Program-made: the position numbers and the translations under genes
NCBI GenBank assembly: GCA_016840085.1
Contig: JAEOTA010000006.1
Span: 1-64,000, forward strand
Source of the DNA: Promethearchaeota archaeon
GTDB taxonomy: Archaea; Asgardarchaeota; Lokiarchaeia; Sigyniarchaeales; SOKP01
DNA: 64,000 nt
Direction: 5' to 3'
Shown: positions 1 to 10,290 of the stretch, piece after piece
Numbering within the stretch: position 1 is the first letter of the stretch
Layout of the letters: each line of letters begins with the position of its first letter
Notes under the pieces: generated by a model
Database searches by the model: none
Told to the model about the DNA's origin: nothing
Seen by the model: only the letters and a program-made list of their open reading frames with translations

Positions 1-192
1 AATTTCGGAAGGTTTTGCGGGCATTAAATAAAATAAGGATTTCACAAAGATAAATCTTTCTGTTGCTCTTGAATCGTCTAATCAATTTTGTCGGGTGAGT
101 ATGGATTAACATTTAAGAAAAAAAAGAAAAATAAAATTATAGATATTACTTCTATCATACCAGTTTTGTTTCCACAATACGTTCTTCTTCTT

Positions 193-1026
193 TTACGGAA
201 TCTCAACACCTGGAACCTCTACTTTTAAAAACTCAATTCTTCCACTTGATTTCTTACCATAGAAGAATTGATTGGTGCAAATAAAAAGAGTTCTTCCATC
301 ATCTCCTCCCAAACTGCACGCGTAAGCATTTGTTTTTTTTACTTTAATGATAGAAGTGATTTCACCCCCTTCTAAAACACGTAAGACTTCTGCTTTTGAT
401 GGATTTGCTACCCATATAGCACCTTCTTCATCAAGGCATATGCCATCTGGTGAAAAACCTTCAATTTCCGCCCAAATTCTTCGATTTGTTAGATCTCCTG
501 AAGGTTCAATATCAAAAGCAGTGAGGCGCCCCCCATGGGTTTCTGCAACAATAAAAGTCTTGCAATCGGGAGTCACAATACATCCGTTGGGAAAATGAAG
601 ATTTTCCGCAACTACTCTTGCTTTCCCATCTTGGGTGACCATAATGATGCATGTGGAATCAGAAGGGGGTTCGGGGGATTTAGAACCCCAATTTCCTATG
701 TAAGTTCGTCCATAGGCATCAGTTACACAGTCATTGCAGTTAAATTCTGTAAATTTGCTTAAGTCCGCGTGAATTTTCAATCCTTCTGGATCTAAACACA
801 TTAGACAGCGATTTTGCATTGAAACTATAAGCATCCTACCATCATTTAAAAAACCCAATCCCGACGTAAAATCGTCCATTTCTACAATAATTTCTGATTT
901 ACCTTTTTCATCAACGGCAATTACTTTTCCTGCAACAGCATCTGAAAAGTACAACCTTCCGTTTCGCCACCTAGGTCCCTCAGGAAACCCAAGACCCGAT
1001 AATAAAACTTTAGTCTCCATTTTCAT
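193..1026 (-). CDS. SMP-30/gluconolactonase/LRE family protein
   Basis: FPEGPRW, CND, FPNG and PDGICLD motifs of the six-bladed propeller lactonases; ATG at 1026 preferred to upstream TTG at 1035. Confidence 0.9.
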   Translation of the reverse strand: MKMETKVLLSGLGFPEGPRWRNGRLYFSDAVAGKVIAVDEKGKSEIIVEMDDFTSGLGFLNDGRMLIVSMQNRCLMCLDPEGLKIHADLSKFTEFNCNDCVTDAYGRTYIGNWGSKSPEPPSDSTCIIMVTQDGKARVVAENLHFPNGCIVTPDCKTFIVAETHGGRLTAFDIEPSGDLTNRRIWAEIEGFSPDGICLDEEGAIWVANPSKAEVLRVLEGGEITSIIKVKKTNAYACSLGGDDGRTLFICTNQFFYGKKSSGRIEFLKVEVPGVEIP

Positions 1027-1077
1027 ATCTATCAATTTGATTCTATTTTTAATAAAATTACTTTTTTTATATTATTT

Positions 1078-1206
1078 TTAATTCCTCATAACACTTTTAA
1101 GCATAATATGTAAATCTCTGTATTCTTCAATATCCTCGAAAAGATCAACAGGTATGTGAAATAAACGGGTCACCCTCTTTTTAGCAAATTTATAGGGTTT
1201 CCCCAT
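1078..1206 (-). CDS. small hypothetical protein or gene remnant (42 aa, MGKPYKFAKKRVTRLFHIPVDLFEDIEEYRDLHIMLKSVMRN)
   Basis: Read by hand, below the ORF-track cutoff; GGAGG 4 nt upstream of ATG; frame open to another ATG at 1245. Confidence 0.35.
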   Translation of the reverse strand: MGKPYKFAKKRVTRLFHIPVDLFEDIEEYRDLHIMLKSVMRN

Positions 1207-1283
1207 AAACCCTCCATAATCCAAATTCTGTTTAATCAACAGCATTATAAATTATGAAAAAATAATGATCATTAATTACAAAA

Positions 1284-3437
1284 ATGAATATGCATAATAA
1301 TAAAAAATTGCTCTCGCCAGAGAGAGATTGGTCTCATTTGTGGCGTATTCCTAGACTTATTGTGTATATTTTTGGTATTATTACACTCTTCTGGTATTTT
1401 TGGTGTGTAATTGGCTTAGTTATTGGAATTCTTTATTTTATCTTCCTAAAAGATAACGCATGGAAACGAAATGGAATTATATTGGCTAGTGCTATCGGTT
1501 TTATTACATTTTTTGTTCATTTTTATAAAGGTCTTGCCCCTCTTACTACGGTAATTTATTTTAGTGTAAGTTTTATTATTTCATATTCTGTCTTATTACT
1601 TACTTTAGAGATTTTAAAAAGGAAAAAAATAACTATTAAAAAAATTGCTCAATGGTATCAAAATTATCAGAAATTGTCAAATAAAAAGCATAAAGCAATA
1701 GAACTAATAATAGCCATTATACCTATTACTTTTTGGACATCTGTTAGTATTGATTTAGGAGTAATGTTTGATAATAATCCTAAACTCTTATGGGTGAATA
1801 CTCCTACTATGGTTAAAATTGATGAGTCTTTTGAAATTACTGTTGAAGTATGGGATCCATTTGAACGTTTAAGTGCGGTTTATAATGGAAAAGTGGAATT
1901 CTCTATAAAGTCATATAATCTTACTAGTTATAATCAGATTTTAAATCCGGAGGTAGATTTACCTGAGCCATATACTTTTAAAGGACAATTATTAGGATCT
2001 GATCTTGCTTATGAAATTAGAGATGGTAAAGATAACGGAATACATGTTTTTAAGGCATCCATCACGACTCCTGGTATCCATTATATCTTAGTAAATGATA
2101 GTAAAACTGAAAATACGTATTATAGTAATCCAATCATAGTCAAAAATTTCACATTATCAGATTCATCTATAGTCTGGGGAGATATACATACTCATTCTCA
2201 ACTCTCTGATGGTACGGGTACCCCAGAAAAATCTTTCTATTTTGCAAGACATATTGCTTGCCTTGATTTTTATGCGCTTACAGATCATGCCGAAATTATG
2301 ATGTTTTCTCCATGGTCACTTGATTATCTTGAATCTTCTACAGATGATGCTTATAAACCAGATGAATTTGTGACATTTCACGGAATTGAATGGACCTGCG
2401 TTCGAACAGGTCATTATGTTTGTATTTTTAGTGGAAATAAATTATTGAAGTCCCCTATACTTGATTCATACTTCACTGTGAGGTCTCCTAAAGCACTATG
2501 GAAAGCTCTTGATGATTTCACAACAAAATATGGAGTCCGGGCTCTTGCACTTCCACATCATACAACAAAAAAATCATATATGCAAGATTGGACGTATACT
2601 AATCCAAAATATGTTAAGATCGTAGAAGTATCTTCTGTGCATGGAGAAAGCTTGTTTGAGCCACGCCATCCACTAAGCTATGTAGGAGCTATTGATGTTC
2701 CTCCAAAGTACACTAATGGCTCTTCTGTAGTTGACGCTTTTACTATGGGGTACAGAATGACCATGTATGTATCCAGTGATGAACATGATGGTCATCCTGG
2801 TCATAGTTTGAGTCACACTAGAGCATATATTGGACATCAACGGCCTTTTAGCTTATGGCATACGCGAAATGAACATCCTTATCCTGGAGGTTTAACTGCC
2901 GCTTATGTAAACAACTTAACAAGAGAAGGCGTTTTCACTGGATTAGAAAATCAAAGAATCTATGCTAATTCAGATCATGGTCGTCCAATTCTTATATTCC
3001 AAATAAATGGTACATGTGTTGGTGATGGATCAACATTCATAGCTAATAATCAAACTGGTCACAGAGAAATTAATGTCTTTCTAGCTCAAGATGGAGCTCC
3101 AGTTGCGCTAAAATCCAAAGCGGCGTCAGTAACTCCCAATTGGGTTCCGAATTGGAATGCAAATATCGAGATTATTAAAAATGGAAAATTATGGCAAACT
3201 CTAGAAATAATTACTCCTATTATCAATATCTCTGTAATCGATACCGAACCTATAACTGGAACTTCTTATGAAAATAGTTGTATCAAAAAAGGAGGAAAAT
3301 ATTATATAAATCAATATAGTGATAATCCCATTACTCCAAGTGATTTAAATACAAAAGGTTATGATTATTATTTAATTCGTATTGTGGGTGAAAACGGAAG
3401 GATGTCTTATGCAGGCCCCATATGGGTCGAATATTAA
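1284..3437 (+). CDS. membrane-anchored PHP-type metallohydrolase (DUF3604/CehA-McbA-like)
   Basis: N-terminal TM helices; GDIHTHS..SDG, TDH, GIEWT, GH and SSDEH metal-binding motifs. Confidence 0.8.
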   Translation: MNMHNNKKLLSPERDWSHLWRIPRLIVYIFGIITLFWYFWCVIGLVIGILYFIFLKDNAWKRNGIILASAIGFITFFVHFYKGLAPLTTVIYFSVSFIISYSVLLLTLEILKRKKITIKKIAQWYQNYQKLSNKKHKAIELIIAIIPITFWTSVSIDLGVMFDNNPKLLWVNTPTMVKIDESFEITVEVWDPFERLSAVYNGKVEFSIKSYNLTSYNQILNPEVDLPEPYTFKGQLLGSDLAYEIRDGKDNGIHVFKASITTPGIHYILVNDSKTENTYYSNPIIVKNFTLSDSSIVWGDIHTHSQLSDGTGTPEKSFYFARHIACLDFYALTDHAEIMMFSPWSLDYLESSTDDAYKPDEFVTFHGIEWTCVRTGHYVCIFSGNKLLKSPILDSYFTVRSPKALWKALDDFTTKYGVRALALPHHTTKKSYMQDWTYTNPKYVKIVEVSSVHGESLFEPRHPLSYVGAIDVPPKYTNGSSVVDAFTMGYRMTMYVSSDEHDGHPGHSLSHTRAYIGHQRPFSLWHTRNEHPYPGGLTAAYVNNLTREGVFTGLENQRIYANSDHGRPILIFQINGTCVGDGSTFIANNQTGHREINVFLAQDGAPVALKSKAASVTPNWVPNWNANIEIIKNGKLWQTLEIITPIINISVIDTEPITGTSYENSCIKKGGKYYINQYSDNPITPSDLNTKGYDYYLIRIVGENGRMSYAGPIWVEY

Positions 3438-3441
3438 ATCT

Positions 3442-4110
3442 TTACTCAATTTCTAGATCCAATAATTTCTTAATATCACTTATAGTTACAAAAGATAAAT
3501 CTTGCACTATTAGATTAGCAGCAAGAAGCTCTTTTTTATCATGTGTAGTCGTTAGAGCAATGGATTTCATTCCGGCATTATTTGCAGCTTGAATACCTAC
3601 AGGAGCATCTTCAATTACTACACAATTTTTTGGGTTAATATCTAAAAAATTAGCAGCAACTAAAAAAACGTCGGGTTCAGGCTTTCCTTTTTTAACTTCT
3701 GCTGCAGTGATAATAACATCAAAAAGATCTTTTATTTTTAAAGTTGTTAATAATAATTCAACATTTTCAGAAGGACCACTTGAACCTATAGCCAATTTAA
3801 ACCCTTTTGATTTTAGATCCTTTATAATATTTATTACTCCAGGTAAAGGCTCTAATTTATCTTTAACCATTTCTCGATAATAGGATTCCTTAAGATTAGA
3901 CCATTGCAATATAAGAGTCTCGTCTATTGCTGAACCAACTAACTTTCTAGTGATAGTAGGTGACTGTTGACCAAAGGTTTGCTCAAAAAGATCTCTTGTA
4001 AATTTTACTCCTATTTCTTTTGCCATTTTTACCCAGCTCTCAAAATGAATAGGACCAGTATCAGCAAGGACTCCGTCCATATCAAAGATAACACAATAAT
4101 TATTGAACAT
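3442..4110 (-). CDS. HAD family phosphatase (beta-phosphoglucomutase-like)
   Basis: FDMDGVL, GKPEPD and VIEDA..G motifs. Confidence 0.9.
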   Translation of the reverse strand: MFNNYCVIFDMDGVLADTGPIHFESWVKMAKEIGVKFTRDLFEQTFGQQSPTITRKLVGSAIDETLILQWSNLKESYYREMVKDKLEPLPGVINIIKDLKSKGFKLAIGSSGPSENVELLLTTLKIKDLFDVIITAAEVKKGKPEPDVFLVAANFLDINPKNCVVIEDAPVGIQAANNAGMKSIALTTTHDKKELLAANLIVQDLSFVTISDIKKLLDLEIE

Positions 4111-4160
4111 AATTTTAACTATAAAGGACGAATAGATAATTATTATAGAGAATTATTAAT

Positions 4161-4168
4161 TTTTAAGA
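4161..4168 (+). promoter_or_regulatory. probable TATA box of the tRNA gene
   Basis: TTTTAAGA starting 30 nt upstream of tRNA position 1; AT-rich context lowers specificity. Confidence 0.4.
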
Positions 4169-4190
4169 ATTATATACGTATAAGTTATAA

Positions 4191-4325
4191 GGCCCGGTAG
4201 TCTAGTAAATTTAAAGAATATATCTTTTAATTTAGAGTGGATAGGGCGCTGGCTTGCGGAGCCAGATATCGAGGGTTCAAGCCTTTTAGCATTTAGTAAA
4301 GAGGGAATACATCCCCCCCGGGCCA
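4191..4325 (+). tRNA. tRNA-Arg(GCG) with two non-canonical introns (4207-4238 in D-loop; 4281-4310 in T-loop); CCA not encoded
   Basis: Acceptor GGCCCGG/CCGGGCC, anticodon arm CTGGC-TTGCGGA-GCCAG, T arm GAGGG-TTCAA|AT-CCCCC; removing both hairpin inserts gives a 73-nt cloverleaf. Confidence 0.93.
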
Positions 4326-4362
4326 CTTTATTATTTCTTTCAGGATTTTGAATGGATGAAAT

Positions 4363-5133
4363 TTAGCTAATATAAGCTAATATTTCTGAAATATCTGCGA
4401 TTTTTTTTAATTCTGGTACATTTATTTCCTTTTCAAAAGGAAATTTATATTTTCTTTCAAATAAAACCGTTTGTAAATTAGCTCTTTGAGCACCAATAAT
4501 ATCAGCATACTCATCTCCACACATAATAACTGAATTTGCGTAATTTTTCAATCCAATTTTATCGAGAGTGTATAGAAATATGTTAGGATCTGGTTTTCTT
4601 TTCCCAAATTTCGCAGATGTTAATACAAAATTAAAAAATTTGAATAAATCATGCCTTTTTAACATATTCTCTATAGTTTTATGATTTGGATGATTGGAGA
4701 TTAAAGCTATTTTTAAATTCCTTTCTACTAAATTTTCTAATGTTTCTCTAGTATTTTCAAAAGGTACCCATTCTTCCTCTTCACAAGAATGATATTTTTC
4801 TGCTAATTCTTTAAATATTTTCTCTTTTAGATGTTCTATGTTATTGATAACATTCTCTTCTTTAAGTAACTCTAGAACATTTTGGAACACTAAAGATGTC
4901 GGAAATTCTGTTTTAGTTTTAATACTTTTCCTAAAAAAATGTTCTCTTTTTTTAGCAAATTTCTTAATAAAGGATTCGTTTGATAATTTTTCATTCCAAA
5001 CTTGCTGTTCTTTTAATATGTCAATTGATTTTAATAATCCTTTTTTAAAACATTCATAATATCTCTCTACAGAAGGATTATCAAAGTAGAACAATGTAAA
5101 GCCAAAATCAAAAATAATTCCTTTAATCATCAT
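4363..5133 (-). CDS. HAD family hydrolase
   Basis: IIFDFGFTL, LISN, RKPDP and GD...DI.GA motifs. Confidence 0.88.
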   Translation of the reverse strand: MMIKGIIFDFGFTLFYFDNPSVERYYECFKKGLLKSIDILKEQQVWNEKLSNESFIKKFAKKREHFFRKSIKTKTEFPTSLVFQNVLELLKEENVINNIEHLKEKIFKELAEKYHSCEEEEWVPFENTRETLENLVERNLKIALISNHPNHKTIENMLKRHDLFKFFNFVLTSAKFGKRKPDPNIFLYTLDKIGLKNYANSVIMCGDEYADIIGAQRANLQTVLFERKYKFPFEKEINVPELKKIADISEILAYIS

Positions 5134-5271
5134 TGTGTTAATAATTATAAAAATTGATTCTCAATTTTAATTTATCTAAATTAAAATGTAAGTACGATAC
5201 TTTCGTTTCTGTTAAATACTTAATAAAAAAGAAATTATTAGCATAGAAATTTAATATTAGTAAGAACTAGT

Positions 5272-5802
5272 ATGTCGATCGATAAATGGCTTAATGAAGA
5301 AGGATCGAAAGAGGAAAAAATTAAAAGAGAGAAAGCATTTAAGCGTCTCTCTGGGGATAAGGTTAAAGAATTAAAGAAAAAGAAAATTAGAAATATGGTT
5401 CAAAAAGAAAGCCAAAAATCAAGCGATAAGCCAGAAAATAGTGAGCTTCTAAATCAAGTAATTGAATTTAAAAACTGGTTAAATCAAAGAACATATTTAA
5501 AAGGGGATTTAGATAGGATTGTGACATGGATAAGCAATTTATACTCAAGAATAAAATATGATGTTGATCAAGAAAGTAAATCTATTAGTAAAGATGAAAA
5601 GAAAAGATTAATAGAAAATTACAAAAAAATTTCTCCAAAATTTTTAGATGAAAAAACAAGAATTGCGATAAACAAGAAGATTTATGGCACAAAACGAACC
5701 AATTCAGATAATTACTATTTACGAAAATTACGAAATACAATACAAGAGAAATTACAAGAAGCAAAATACTATGAGATTTTAGATAAGTTATTAAATTTAT
5801 AA
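5272..5802 (+). CDS. hypothetical protein (charged, helical)
   Basis: 176-aa ORF, no recognisable motif. Confidence 0.7.
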   Translation: MSIDKWLNEEGSKEEKIKREKAFKRLSGDKVKELKKKKIRNMVQKESQKSSDKPENSELLNQVIEFKNWLNQRTYLKGDLDRIVTWISNLYSRIKYDVDQESKSISKDEKKRLIENYKKISPKFLDEKTRIAINKKIYGTKRTNSDNYYLRKLRNTIQEKLQEAKYYEILDKLLNL

Positions 5803-5916
5803 ATTTAAATAAGAAAAATCTTAGATTCTCAAGAAAAAATCAATATATTTTTTATTTTATCCATTTTTATATTTTTTAATATTAAAAATTAAACAAATTC
5901 TTAAAGAGTTTCATAA

Positions 5917-7005
5917 ATGTGGCTTATTTGCCCAATCGCCGGAATAGGCAGACGTCTTCAGCCTTTCACATATTCTAAGCCCAAGGCGTTTCTTAAGATT
6001 GCAGGAAAACGATTGATAGATCATATCTTACTAAAATTAAAAAGTACATTTCCTAAAGACACAAATATTTGCTTTATTGTTGGATATAAAAAAAGACAGA
6101 TAACTGAATATCTAACAAAAAATTATTCTGATTATTTTAATATAGAGTTTTTAGTACAAAAACCGATGGGTTATAGTGCTGAAACGCCATATTTTTCAGG
6201 GTTAGGCGATGCGATTTTGTTAGCAAGAAAATTTGCCGAAAACGATGATTGCTTCATATTTTTAAGTGATAGACTCCCGATGGAAGATTATTCACAGATT
6301 TTATTAAATTTCCATCAAGACATATGTGATGGAGTCATAAATGTCAAGCAAGTTGACAACCCTAAGTTTTATGGTGTTATTGAGCTAAATAACGATGGTA
6401 TCGTTAAAACTATCGTTGAAAAGCCAACAAGCCCAAAATCTAATTATGCTGTATCTGGGGCATATTTATTAGGTATGAGTATAACTTCGCGTTTATTTGA
6501 ATTATTAGAAGAACAGAGTAAAATTCCTTTAGAAAACGGTCAAGAACATCACTTAACACCAGTTATACAACAACTTATCGAAGAAGGATTTAAGCTCAAA
6601 ATCAATGAAATGAGTAGAGAAATACTAGATTTTGGTAGGCCAGAAAGTTTAATTGAAGGAAATCGCTTATTATTAACTGAAACAAAAATTCAAGACCCTA
6701 CTTATGAAAAACTATTCCAATCAGGAACAATAACAGATTCAAAAATTATCCCTCCAGTAATTATTGGTCATAGCACGAAAATTTCAGATTCTGTTATTGG
6801 TCCAAACGTTTCTATTGGAGATAATGCTGTTTTGGAAAAATGTATTTTATCTGATTCTGTTATTGGTGACGGTGCTCATTTGACAAAAATCATATCTTCT
6901 GAGAGTATTATTGGAGATTATTCTGTATTAGAAGACCTGATTAAAAAAAGTATAACAATTGGAGATTCTTCTTATATTACTACTTCTAATATGAAATCTA
7001 TTTGA
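5917..7005 (+). CDS. sugar-phosphate nucleotidyltransferase (glucose-1-phosphate thymidylyltransferase long form) with C-terminal left-handed beta-helix
   Basis: AGIGRRLQPFT..KPK, GLGDA, IVEKP, DFG; hexapeptide repeats at the C-terminus. Confidence 0.88.
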   Translation: MWLICPIAGIGRRLQPFTYSKPKAFLKIAGKRLIDHILLKLKSTFPKDTNICFIVGYKKRQITEYLTKNYSDYFNIEFLVQKPMGYSAETPYFSGLGDAILLARKFAENDDCFIFLSDRLPMEDYSQILLNFHQDICDGVINVKQVDNPKFYGVIELNNDGIVKTIVEKPTSPKSNYAVSGAYLLGMSITSRLFELLEEQSKIPLENGQEHHLTPVIQQLIEEGFKLKINEMSREILDFGRPESLIEGNRLLLTETKIQDPTYEKLFQSGTITDSKIIPPVIIGHSTKISDSVIGPNVSIGDNAVLEKCILSDSVIGDGAHLTKIISSESIIGDYSVLEDLIKKSITIGDSSYITTSNMKSI

Positions 7006-7042
7006 TTAATAAAAAAGGATAGAAATTTAGAAAAATTAAAAT

Positions 7043-8482
7043 TTAGTTAAATTTTGGTCTTTTACCTTGCCAAGGAGCTATTTCTTCAAAAGCATTCGAA
7101 GCCTGGAGAACTGTTTTTTCGTCATAACGCTTACCAACAATCTGCATTCCAATTGGTAATCCAGATTTAGTCCAACCTGATGGGATTGAAGCAGCAGGTA
7201 GTCCGGTCATGTTAAATGGGTATGTAAATGTCATCCAAGTCATAATACTCAAAGATTTTTTACCAATTGTTGGAAAAGTTGTCCCTGTATCTAACCATCC
7301 GGGCTTAAAAGCCGGACATGGAATAGTCGGAGTAATCAGAATATCATATTCCATAAAAAATCGTGAAAGAATTTCATACAGTTGTTTTCTTTTTTCTCTT
7401 GCTTTTCCAAAATTCATAGCGCTATTATCTAACCCTAATTTTATTGTAGCAATTAAATCTGGGCTAAGATCTTCAAGTCTATTCTTAAAATCTTTTTGAA
7501 AATCGTAGGCATAACCTATGCTAACTTGGGTTTTAAATGCTGATTCAGGATTTCTTATTTTAATGTTCGCTTCTTCTACATCCCATTCAAATTGCTCAAA
7601 GATATGAACTCGATCAAGAATATTATTTTTGATTTCTTCATCTAATATTTTCCCGAATCCTAAAGTGGTTGAATAACCTATTTTCAATTTTTTAGGTTTT
7701 TCATTTAGGATTTCTAAATAATCGATATCATCATCTGGGAATGAATTATTATCGGCCGGATGATGTCCCTTCATGATATTCAACATTAGAGCTGCATCTT
7801 TCACATATCGAACAATGGGCCCATAATGATCCATTGTTATAAAATTTATGCCAATCCGGGGATAACTTGGAATGCGACCATAGGTCGGTTTTAATCCATA
7901 GACACCACAACAGCTGGAAGGAACTCTTATTGACCCCCCACCATCAGAACCTAAAGCTAAAGGACCTAAACCACTGGCAACAGATGAAGCAGCACCTCCA
8001 CTAGAACCTCCAGAGTTCATCTCAATATTCCAGGGATTTATTGTTTCTCCAAAGACTTTGTTGTTAGTAAGTGCGATATGACCAAATTCAGGTGTATTTG
8101 TTTTACCAAGTAAAACACAACCAGAATCTATCAACCTTTGGACTGCAATATCATTTTGTTCAGGGATAAAATTTTCATATAATTTCGATCCATATGTTGT
8201 TAAAACACCCTTTGTCTGCATTAAGTCTTTAATTGAAGTGGGGATTCCATTAAGTAATCCTAACTTCTCACCTTTTTTTGCTAATTCATCAGCTTTTTTA
8301 GCCATATCTCTCGCCAAGTCAAACGTAGTAGTACAATAAGCGTTGATAATTGGATTAATCCTTTCAATTCTTTCGATTATCATTTCAGTAATTTCGAGGG
8401 AAGATAACTCTTGTGTTTTGATTTTTTCTCCCATTTCCCAAGCTGCCATAAAGCAAATATCTTCTTTATTCATTCTTACCAT
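7043..8482 (-). CDS. amidase signature family protein
   Basis: IKD, GKTNTPEF, GGSSGG, GSDGGGSIRVP (Ser-cisSer-Lys triad). Confidence 0.93.
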   Translation of the reverse strand: MVRMNKEDICFMAAWEMGEKIKTQELSSLEITEMIIERIERINPIINAYCTTTFDLARDMAKKADELAKKGEKLGLLNGIPTSIKDLMQTKGVLTTYGSKLYENFIPEQNDIAVQRLIDSGCVLLGKTNTPEFGHIALTNNKVFGETINPWNIEMNSGGSSGGAASSVASGLGPLALGSDGGGSIRVPSSCCGVYGLKPTYGRIPSYPRIGINFITMDHYGPIVRYVKDAALMLNIMKGHHPADNNSFPDDDIDYLEILNEKPKKLKIGYSTTLGFGKILDEEIKNNILDRVHIFEQFEWDVEEANIKIRNPESAFKTQVSIGYAYDFQKDFKNRLEDLSPDLIATIKLGLDNSAMNFGKAREKRKQLYEILSRFFMEYDILITPTIPCPAFKPGWLDTGTTFPTIGKKSLSIMTWMTFTYPFNMTGLPAASIPSGWTKSGLPIGMQIVGKRYDEKTVLQASNAFEEIAPWQGKRPKFN

Positions 8483-8625
8483 TTCTATTTTTCTTGTGTT
8501 AATATAATAAAATTTGATAAGATCTTATATAAATGATAATGATTATCTCTTCCAACAAATATTTAATCAAGATAAGAATATTATATCATATTTGGTAAAA
8601 GAATAATAAATAAGAGCAAAATAAA

Positions 8626-10272
8626 ATGCAAGATATTAACCTTAAAAAATTAAAACATTTCTCTGGAAGAGAAGGTCCTCTTGTTTTAATAATAATGGAT
8701 GGAATTGGTCTTGGAAGGCGAGATGAAAGCAATGCTTTCTATTTGGCAGATACTCCATTCTTAGATAACTTACAAAAGGAATACCCTAAATTAAATTTAT
8801 ATACCGAGTTAAAAGCTCACGGAACTTCTGTTGGCTTACCTTCGAACGAAGAAATGGGAAATAGTGAAGTAGGACACAATGCTATAGGGGCAGGCAATAT
8901 AGTTAAACAAAGGGCTTTATTAGCTAAAGAGGCAATTCAATCTAAAGAAATATTTAGTACACAAAAATGGCAAAATCTAGCAAGCAGAATCAATAATAAC
9001 GAAAGCACTCTCCACTTTATAGGTTTATTGTCAGATGGTTATGTACATAGCCATATTTCTCATCTAATTGGTTTAATTAGGGGTGCCAAAGATTCAAATG
9101 TTAAAAAGGTAAGAATTCACACATTATTCGATGGTCGAGACGTTCCTCCTCAATCAGCTTTGGTATATATTGAAAAATTAGAAAAAGAATTAAATAATAT
9201 AAAAGCAGATGGACAACATGATTATAGAATCGCCTCAGGTGGAGGAAGAATGCGTGTTACTATGGATAGGTACAATTCTGATTGGGATGTTGTAAAAAGA
9301 GGTTGGGATGCTCATGTCGCGGGAATTCCCGAAAAATTTCCATCATATAAAGGATACTTTTCTTCTGCCCTAGATGCTGTAAACCAAGCAAGAAGTCTAG
9401 AACCAGAGATTATAGATCAATACCTTCCTTCTTTTGTTGTTGTGGACGAGAAAAAAACTCCAATTGGTAAAATGGATGATGGTGATGGCGTTATTTATTT
9501 TAATTTTCGAGGAGATCGTGCAATTCAAATTTCAAGAGCGTTTGAAGATGATAATTTTAATGAATTTAAACGAGAGTTCTATCCTCATGTCCAATATTAT
9601 GGTCTATTACAATATGATGATAACTTAAATATTCCTAATAATTATTTTATCGATCCTCCAAGAATTGATAATACCATGTCTGATTATTTATCCGCCGAAG
9701 GAGTAAATCAGTTTGCAATTGCTGAAACTCATAAATATGGGCATGTGACTTACTTTTGGCGAGGGAATAGAGATCTTAAAATAAAAGGGGAAGATTGTGT
9801 AGAAATTAAATCAGATCCCTCTGAAACAATTAAAAATCATCCTAGGATGAAAGCATATGAAGTCAGAGACGAATTAATCAAAGCGATTATTTCTGATAAA
9901 TATAAATTTTTGAGGGTTAATTTTGCAAATGGTGATATGGTGGGACATACGGGTGTTAAAAGTGCTGCAATGATCGCTGCTGAAATCATTGATGAGTGTG
10001 TAAAAGAAATCGTTGATACGGTTACATCCCTTAATGGTATTACAATAGTTACAGCTGATCACGGAAACCTAGATGAGATGGTAAAATTTAAGACAGCCCA
10101 TACGTTAAATCCTGTAATGTTCGCAATTATTGATTCTGGGTATAACAATGAGTATATAATCAGTGATGAGATTAAAGATCCTGCTTTAGGGAACATTGCT
10201 GCCACAATATTAAATTTATTAGGATATGAGAAACCAGAAGACTATCTAGATTCTCTTATTAAGTTTTTTTAA
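8626..10272 (+). CDS. gpmI: 2,3-bisphosphoglycerate-independent phosphoglycerate mutase
   Basis: MDG.G, MGNSEVGH, DGRD, MDR, FNFRGDR, NGDMVGHTG, TADHGN. Confidence 0.95.
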   Translation: MQDINLKKLKHFSGREGPLVLIIMDGIGLGRRDESNAFYLADTPFLDNLQKEYPKLNLYTELKAHGTSVGLPSNEEMGNSEVGHNAIGAGNIVKQRALLAKEAIQSKEIFSTQKWQNLASRINNNESTLHFIGLLSDGYVHSHISHLIGLIRGAKDSNVKKVRIHTLFDGRDVPPQSALVYIEKLEKELNNIKADGQHDYRIASGGGRMRVTMDRYNSDWDVVKRGWDAHVAGIPEKFPSYKGYFSSALDAVNQARSLEPEIIDQYLPSFVVVDEKKTPIGKMDDGDGVIYFNFRGDRAIQISRAFEDDNFNEFKREFYPHVQYYGLLQYDDNLNIPNNYFIDPPRIDNTMSDYLSAEGVNQFAIAETHKYGHVTYFWRGNRDLKIKGEDCVEIKSDPSETIKNHPRMKAYEVRDELIKAIISDKYKFLRVNFANGDMVGHTGVKSAAMIAAEIIDECVKEIVDTVTSLNGITIVTADHGNLDEMVKFKTAHTLNPVMFAIIDSGYNNEYIISDEIKDPALGNIAATILNLLGYEKPEDYLDSLIKFF

Positions 10273-10290
10273 AAAATAAAACCATTTATT

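Noticed and set aside
1-192. Partial gene or RNA element at the left edge
   Set aside because: Too little sequence; both a + strand gene tail and a - strand open frame are possible but unsupported
7043-8482. gatA assignment for the amidase
   Set aside because: No gatB/gatC neighbours and the C-terminal motifs fit generic amidases rather than GatA
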